From: Candidatus Latescibacterota bacterium
GTDB lineage: Bacteria > Latescibacterota > UBA2968 > GCA-2709665
Direction: 5' to 3'
Assembly: GCA_965237675.1 (NCBI GenBank)
Contig: OZ250150.1
Location: 3,104,001 to 3,168,000, forward strand
Length of the DNA stretch: 64,000 nt
Below the pieces are notes generated by a model. It had not been told where the DNA came from. It saw only the letters and a program-made list of their open reading frames with translations, and ran no database searches. How positions within the stretch are numbered: the first letter of the stretch is position 1; every line of letters begins with the position of its first letter. A program made the position numbers and the translations under genes. This document shows positions 59,075 through 64,000 of the stretch, piece after piece.

Positions 59075-60235
59075 GTGCAGGAAATAAACCAGCAGGAAGC
59101 GCGGTATTCCGAAGATCTAAGCGCGACGCCGTTGGGCTACGGGAGCGCGGTTTTCGACAGAAGGAAGTTCGTTCAGGCGCTCGACGATATCTACGGCCAG
59201 ACGGATGTGGATGTACTGCGAACCAAAACGTTGAGTGTTCAAAACGTCGTCGAATCTCCTGAACGCAGTTCCGACGGATTCTCGGAGCCGAGCCCGGGGC
59301 GCGATACCGTTTCGTTGCGAAGGGATGTGCTGATTTCGGAACTGAACCAGATCCTGGAGGCGCGGACGGTCGAACGCGCAAGGTATTACGTCAAGCGGTT
59401 GCGTGACGGCGTCCAGAAGGTCAGGAAGACGGAGATCAACGACATCAATCTCCTGAGGTGGAAGGAGTATGAGGACGTCCTGACGGACAGTCTGTGGGTC
59501 ATGAAGCGGCGGGATTCGACGGGCGGGCATCTCGGGTGGTATTGGGGCAACTTTATCCCTCAGATTCCCCAACAGATGATGCTCAGATACACCCGCCGGC
59601 AGGATTGGGTAATGGACACATTTGTCGGTAGCGGGACCACGCTGATCGAGTGCAGACGGCTCGGGCGTAACGGCATCGGCCTGGAACTCAATCAGGGCAT
59701 CGCCGCAGAGGCAAAAAAGCTTGTTGAGTCAACCCGAAATGACGACGACGTGACAACGGAAATCGTGGTTGGCGACAACCGAAAGATGGACATTCGCGGC
59801 GCGCTGGTGAAGTGTCGCGTCAGGCAGGTGCAGCTTCTCATCATGCATCCTCCGTACCACGATATCATTCGATTCTCCGATGACCGCGAAGATCTCTCAA
59901 ACGCCGGAAGTACCGAAGCGTTTCTTCGCATGTTCGGCCAGGCTGTGGACAACGCGACACCGTACCTGGAGAAGGATCGGTATTTCGTCCTGGTCGTGGG
60001 GGACAAATACGCCAGAGGAACGTGGATACCTCTCGGGTTCTACTGTATGAATGAGGTCCTGAAAAGACCCTACTCGCTTAAGAGCATCGTTGTGAAAAAT
60101 TTCGACGAGACCCGATCCAAGCGGAACCAGGCGGAACTCTGGCGTTACCGTGCCCTTGCCGGCGGCTTCTATGTCTTTAAACACGAATACATTTTTCTTT
60201 TCAGGAAAACGGGCGAATCGTCTGCGGGTGCCTGA
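59075..60235 (+). CDS. DNA N4/N6 methyltransferase-like protein (orphan)
   Basis: GNFIPQIP, DTFVGSGTT, GIGLE, HPPY, HEYIFLF; frame open from 59006, start uncertain. Confidence 0.85.
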   Translation: MQEINQQEARYSEDLSATPLGYGSAVFDRRKFVQALDDIYGQTDVDVLRTKTLSVQNVVESPERSSDGFSEPSPGRDTVSLRRDVLISELNQILEARTVERARYYVKRLRDGVQKVRKTEINDINLLRWKEYEDVLTDSLWVMKRRDSTGGHLGWYWGNFIPQIPQQMMLRYTRRQDWVMDTFVGSGTTLIECRRLGRNGIGLELNQGIAAEAKKLVESTRNDDDVTTEIVVGDNRKMDIRGALVKCRVRQVQLLIMHPPYHDIIRFSDDREDLSNAGSTEAFLRMFGQAVDNATPYLEKDRYFVLVVGDKYARGTWIPLGFYCMNEVLKRPYSLKSIVVKNFDETRSKRNQAELWRYRALAGGFYVFKHEYIFLFRKTGESSAGA

Positions 60236-60512
60236 ACCCTTCCTGTGTTCTCCCGGGGTATCGAAATCCTGGTCTGCTCAGGAAGATAGCCGCGCACCGT
60301 GTGTTTGCATAAAAAGTACACCAAATAACCGCACGGCTCCCATAATGAGTCTGCGCTTACGAAAGGAAAAACAGTGATACCGAACCCAACGGCAGCCCGT
60401 CCAGGGCCCTGCGTTGCTGACGGTCCTGAACGTCTGTGTCTACCGCAGAAACCTGCCGACTTAGCAAGGAGCATGTGACATGAAGACCTCGGACACGGCT
60501 GCTGATGTGTCG

Positions 60513-61295
60513 ATGCAGAGAGAATCCGCCCAGATCCACCCCATGTCGGAATACGAGAAGTTTCTCTTCGACCTTAAGGGTTTCCTCGTTATTCCGGGCG
60601 TGCTCACCGACCAGGAAATTCAAACGGTACGTGAGCACATGGAAGTTCTCCTGAAAGATCCGGAGCGCCTGCCCGGACACCTCCAGGCGCCAATTGCCGG
60701 GCCCGCGGAATTCCTCATCGATCATCCGAGAGTCATGGGTCTCCTGCAGGAGGTCATTCATCCGGATCGCGATCGCATTCGTCTCGAGAGCGTCTTTATT
60801 TCCGGGCGCTCCATCAAGAATTCCGAAAATCAGTGGCGGCCCCACGTGGGCGGGACAAATCTCGATCCGTCCCTGTCCTACCGTTTTCACAACGGCCGGA
60901 TCTACAGTGGGATGACACGCATTGTCTGGGAACTGAACGAAGTCAAAAAGGGACAGGGCGGCACGTGCCTGGTGCCGGGCTCGCACAAGGCCAATCTGTT
61001 TTCGGCGCAGGAAGGGACGTGGCCGGTGGAAGCCGACGATCCGGACTCTGGAGTCTGGGAGACCTATGGATGCCCTCCGGGAAGTCTCGTCATGTTTTCC
61101 GAGGGCGTTCGCCATACCGGATCTGCCTGGACAAACCCGGACAATCCCCGTCGGGCTATCCTCATCGCGTACAACCATGTGACGGTTCGGTTTCACGAAC
61201 CCAAACCGTGTATGAATCCCCAGGTGATCGGCGGCATGTCCGGATCGCGTCGGAAGTTCTTCCGGGAGGTATGGTACCTGCGCAACAGGAGATAA
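60513..61295 (+). CDS. PhyH-family dioxygenase
   Basis: FLFDLKGF, PHVG, GGTCLVPGSHK, HTG, RR; alternative starts 60480 or 60543. Confidence 0.85.
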   Translation: MQRESAQIHPMSEYEKFLFDLKGFLVIPGVLTDQEIQTVREHMEVLLKDPERLPGHLQAPIAGPAEFLIDHPRVMGLLQEVIHPDRDRIRLESVFISGRSIKNSENQWRPHVGGTNLDPSLSYRFHNGRIYSGMTRIVWELNEVKKGQGGTCLVPGSHKANLFSAQEGTWPVEADDPDSGVWETYGCPPGSLVMFSEGVRHTGSAWTNPDNPRRAILIAYNHVTVRFHEPKPCMNPQVIGGMSGSRRKFFREVWYLRNRR

Positions 61296-61385
61296 TCGAA
61301 GATTTGCACCGGACCGGGTCCACGGAATTCCCTTATGAATCCGGATGGCTTTTTTCCGATGATCGGGTCCCGGCTGGAAGAACGG

Positions 61386-61420
61386 AAAAGCCCGGCCAAA
61401 CACGCTCACCGGGCTTTTTT
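61386..61420. terminator. Bidirectional terminator
   Basis: AAAAGCCCGG...CCGGGCTTTTTT between convergent genes. Confidence 0.7.
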
Positions 61421-61477
61421 CGTCTCAGTATTTTTTTCGGATTTCGACCTCACACGTGTATTGGCAGACGGCCGCGA

Positions 61478-62350
61478 TCAGCGCTCCCACCGTCCCGGAT
61501 CAATAGCCGGAGCGTCGGTTCTCATGCCTTTGGGTTTGTGCGGCTGGTTCCAGTCCAGACCGGTTGTATTGGGGCTTTGCAGAAAGCGTCTTGTTTCGGC
61601 CGGGGCCCTTGCAACGAGTTCCGGGTCCCATTCCGGCATCGGTTGTATGGGCCCCGCCCAGCCCGGGCGGTACCCCAGTTGAACCAGCGTGCGCTGGGAG
61701 CCGGTTCTGTTGGGATGGGTACCGTGGAACAAATTGATGGGGATCACGAGCGCCGTCCCCGCCTTGACGCAAAGGGTGACCTCGCCGCGGTGGTACTTGT
61801 AACGCACGTACGGGTTCGCTTCGGCGTGAAACGACAGGTGGGAGCGAGGGACGAGCCGGAAGGGCGCCCGGTCCGGGGTCAGGTCGTCAAGGTAATACAG
61901 GACGCGGAGTAGACGGGGGGAACTTCCTTCGTATCCGAAGATGGATGAACCGAACGGCTGTCCGTCGGTGTGTAACGAGATGGGCGGCGAGCCCGAGAGC
62001 GTCCGGGTGAAGAGCCCCCGGGTGAACACGATGTCTTCGCCGAGCAGTGTCTCCAGGAACTCGATCATTGGCCGGTGCGCGATCAGTTCGGCCACGGCCC
62101 GACTGCGCCATTGGGGCTCCAGACAGTAGGTTTGCGCGGCGCTGTAGTCCTTCGTCTGCATCGGCGCATCGGCCATTTCGCGTTTGATGCGAACCATGAA
62201 ATCCGCATCGAGCACGTCCGGTAGAACGACGAATCCCTCCACTTCGAGGTGTCGGATTCGCTCGGCCGGCGTGAAGCAACTGAAGTCGGTCTCGTCCACG
62301 TTCATGAATTCGATTTCTTCGTTTGGGTCAATTCGTACTTCAGCTTGCAT
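61478..62350 (-). CDS. PhyH-family dioxygenase
   Basis: EGFVVL, LHTD, VPRSH, FHGTHPN, R. Confidence 0.85.
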   Translation of the reverse strand: MQAEVRIDPNEEIEFMNVDETDFSCFTPAERIRHLEVEGFVVLPDVLDADFMVRIKREMADAPMQTKDYSAAQTYCLEPQWRSRAVAELIAHRPMIEFLETLLGEDIVFTRGLFTRTLSGSPPISLHTDGQPFGSSIFGYEGSSPRLLRVLYYLDDLTPDRAPFRLVPRSHLSFHAEANPYVRYKYHRGEVTLCVKAGTALVIPINLFHGTHPNRTGSQRTLVQLGYRPGWAGPIQPMPEWDPELVARAPAETRRFLQSPNTTGLDWNQPHKPKGMRTDAPAIDPGRWER

Positions 62351-62544
62351 TGCGGTTCTCCCTTTTTCAACGGCCCCGGCGGGCGCCGAAAACCCGCGCG
62401 GGACAGGTTCCGATTCTGAAAGCGAGCCATTTCGGGACGGACGATTTTCCCGGCGAAAGGATTCTTCTTGGGAATCCCGAACGCCGCGCGACTTCCCATT
62501 CGTCGATAGTCGGGCCAAGATAATCATTGCGATCGGATAGGGCA

Positions 62545-64000
62545 ATGGATGGATTGGGTGTATTATTCAGTCTTCTCGTTCTGTGCTGGCTCTGGCCAGG
62601 CAGGTGCGCGGCCACGGGGGTTTCGCGCCCGGTTTACCGCACCTCGCCGCCGGAAGAAACGCTGGAGAAACTGAAGCGGGCTGTCTCGCCGCTGATGGCG
62701 ATGTCAGAGGCTGAGATGGCGGCGCTGGTTCCTGATCGGACCGGATTCCGGTACGTGGCGTGCGCGCGCTGCGACGAGGGCGTTAGTGAACGTCAGCTCG
62801 ACTGGTCGATGGAAGACCCGGATCGTATCCGGTGCCGACACTGCGGTACGGTTTTCCCCGGTGTGGAATTCAAGGAGAATCGGGTGTTTCGAATATTGAA
62901 TCCCGTGGGGATCGAGGTCGAGTATCCGTTTTTCGAAGATGGATCGGGCAGACGGTTTTTCTTTCGCGCCAGGGCCTGGTGGTGCGCCCGGTTCTATCTC
63001 TCGGACCGCGCCCGGGATTTCGGTGTTTTGTACCGCGCAACCGGAGACCGGGCGTATGCGCGGCGCTCGGCGTTGATTCTGGACGCATTTGCAGGATTCT
63101 ATCCGGGCTTTCTTGTCTGGACGGACGTGGCAAATACAGCCAAGGTGGTTTGTATGAACGCACCTTTTCCCAGGCGAGGCGGAAAGTGGGGAGAATGGCG
63201 CTACGCGGAGATCCCCACCGATATGATCTACGCATACGATTCAATTCGGGACAGCGGCGAGCTGGAGCGACTTTCCGGCGAACGGGGTGTGGATGTCGGC
63301 CGTCGTATCGTGGACGAGTTTTTCAGGGGGGCAATTCGTCAGGACGCCTTTCATGGTCTATTGTATACCAACGCCAGCCCCGAGACCTACGAGGGATATG
63401 CGGTGGCCGGCCGCGTGATGAGAGATCCCTCGCTGGTTCACCGGGCGGTACGGTGCGCGCACGGCCTGTTCCGACGATTCTCCGTGGATGGGTTCTGGTG
63501 CCAGGGGAGTGCCGGATATCATCGGTATACGTTGACGGGTCTGCTGCGTGTGATGGACGCCCTGGCCGGTTATTCCGATCCTTGGGGATATGTGGATCCG
63601 GAAGACGGCAGGCGTTTCGTCAATCTGGATCCGTTTCGCGAATTTTCGGAAGTGGCACGGTGCAGTCGTGTTCTCGAGACATTCAGGTACCCCGATGGAC
63701 GCCTGTTACCGGTCCACGATTCGTGGGCGCGATATGAGGACCTGAAGCCTTCAGTCTGCTCGTGTCCGACCTTGTTTGCAGGGTTGGGGCATGCATGGCT
63801 CGGGTGTGGGGAGGGTCGTCGCCAGGCGCAGGTACACCTTCATTTCTCAGAAGGGGGCCACGGACACGACCACGCAGATCTGTTGAATCTGACGCTCTTT
63901 GCAAATGGCGAGGAACTGTTGCCTGACCTGGGATACACCCACTCGCGTTACAGGTTCTGGACCGTCAGCACGCTGGCGCACAATACGGTGGTGATCGATG
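62545..64000 (+). CDS. Secreted heparinase II/III-family lyase with an N-terminal CxxC...CxxC motif; 3' end truncated, absent from the ORF track
   Basis: Translated by hand at both ends: MDGLGVLFSLLVLCWLWPGRCAA signal, CARC...CRHC; end GHDHADLLNL...DLGY...STLAHNTVVID in the same frame. Confidence 0.85.
   Translation, partial: MDGLGVLFSLLVLCWLWPGRCAATGVSRPVYRTSPPEETLEKLKRAVSPLMAMSEAEMAALVPDRTGFRYVACARCDEGVSERQLDWSMEDPDRIRCRHCGTVFPGVEFKENRVFRILNPVGIEVEYPFFEDGSGRRFFFRARAWWCARFYLSDRARDFGVLYRATGDRAYARRSALILDAFAGFYPGFLVWTDVANTAKVVCMNAPFPRRGGKWGEWRYAEIPTDMIYAYDSIRDSGELERLSGERGVDVGRRIVDEFFRGAIRQDAFHGLLYTNASPETYEGYAVAGRVMRDPSLVHRAVRCAHGLFRRFSVDGFWCQGSAGYHRYTLTGLLRVMDALAGYSDPWGYVDPEDGRRFVNLDPFREFSEVARCSRVLETFRYPDGRLLPVHDSWARYEDLKPSVCSCPTLFAGLGHAWLGCGEGRRQAQVHLHFSEGGHGHDHADLLNLTLFANGEELLPDLGYTHSRYRFWTVSTLAHNTVVID

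Noticed and set aside
58072-60235. Retron or RT-based defence system, or integrative island at tRNA-Val
   Set aside because: The RT remnant has no catalytic core and lies within group II intron domain IV; no integrase or tRNA 3' duplication was seen.

Overview
GC-rich bacterial chromosomal window, mostly carbohydrate and small-molecule catabolism: five PhyH-type dioxygenases, three Gfo/Idh/MocA oxidoreductases, two enolase-superfamily enzymes, three amidohydrolases and two heparinase II/III-like lyases. It also encodes secreted repeat proteins tagged with paired EF-hand/dockerin-like motifs. This profile resembles Latescibacterota/Poribacteria-like host-associated bacteria (inference only). 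Main points: (1) a bacterial microcompartment (BMC) operon with one gene of two BMC domains and one of four, six different domains in all (enough for one asymmetric 4+2 pseudo-hexamer), followed by a DHDPS-family aldolase with an EutT/EutQ-like N-terminal tag; (2) an alternative sigma-70 gene with a perfect 20-bp LexA-like palindrome filling its -35/-10 spacer; (3) an unannotated ~140-nt structured RNA with its own promoter and U-tract; (4) a group IIC intron behind the tRNA-Val terminator, with its RT gene almost entirely deleted; (5) a membrane module of a degenerate M28 peptidase-FtsX fusion, an OPT-like transporter with an apparently circularly permuted Fn3 insert, and an ABC ATPase; (6) a 2.4k-aa Fn3/Ig surface protein with recent 582-bp duplications; (7) a cytochrome-c-like/copper monooxygenase fusion and a DapF with Ser at both catalytic Cys positions. 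Two tRNAs are present (Phe-GAA, Val-GAC). No CRISPR array, rRNA or prophage was seen. All calls come from reading motifs by eye; no searches were run.
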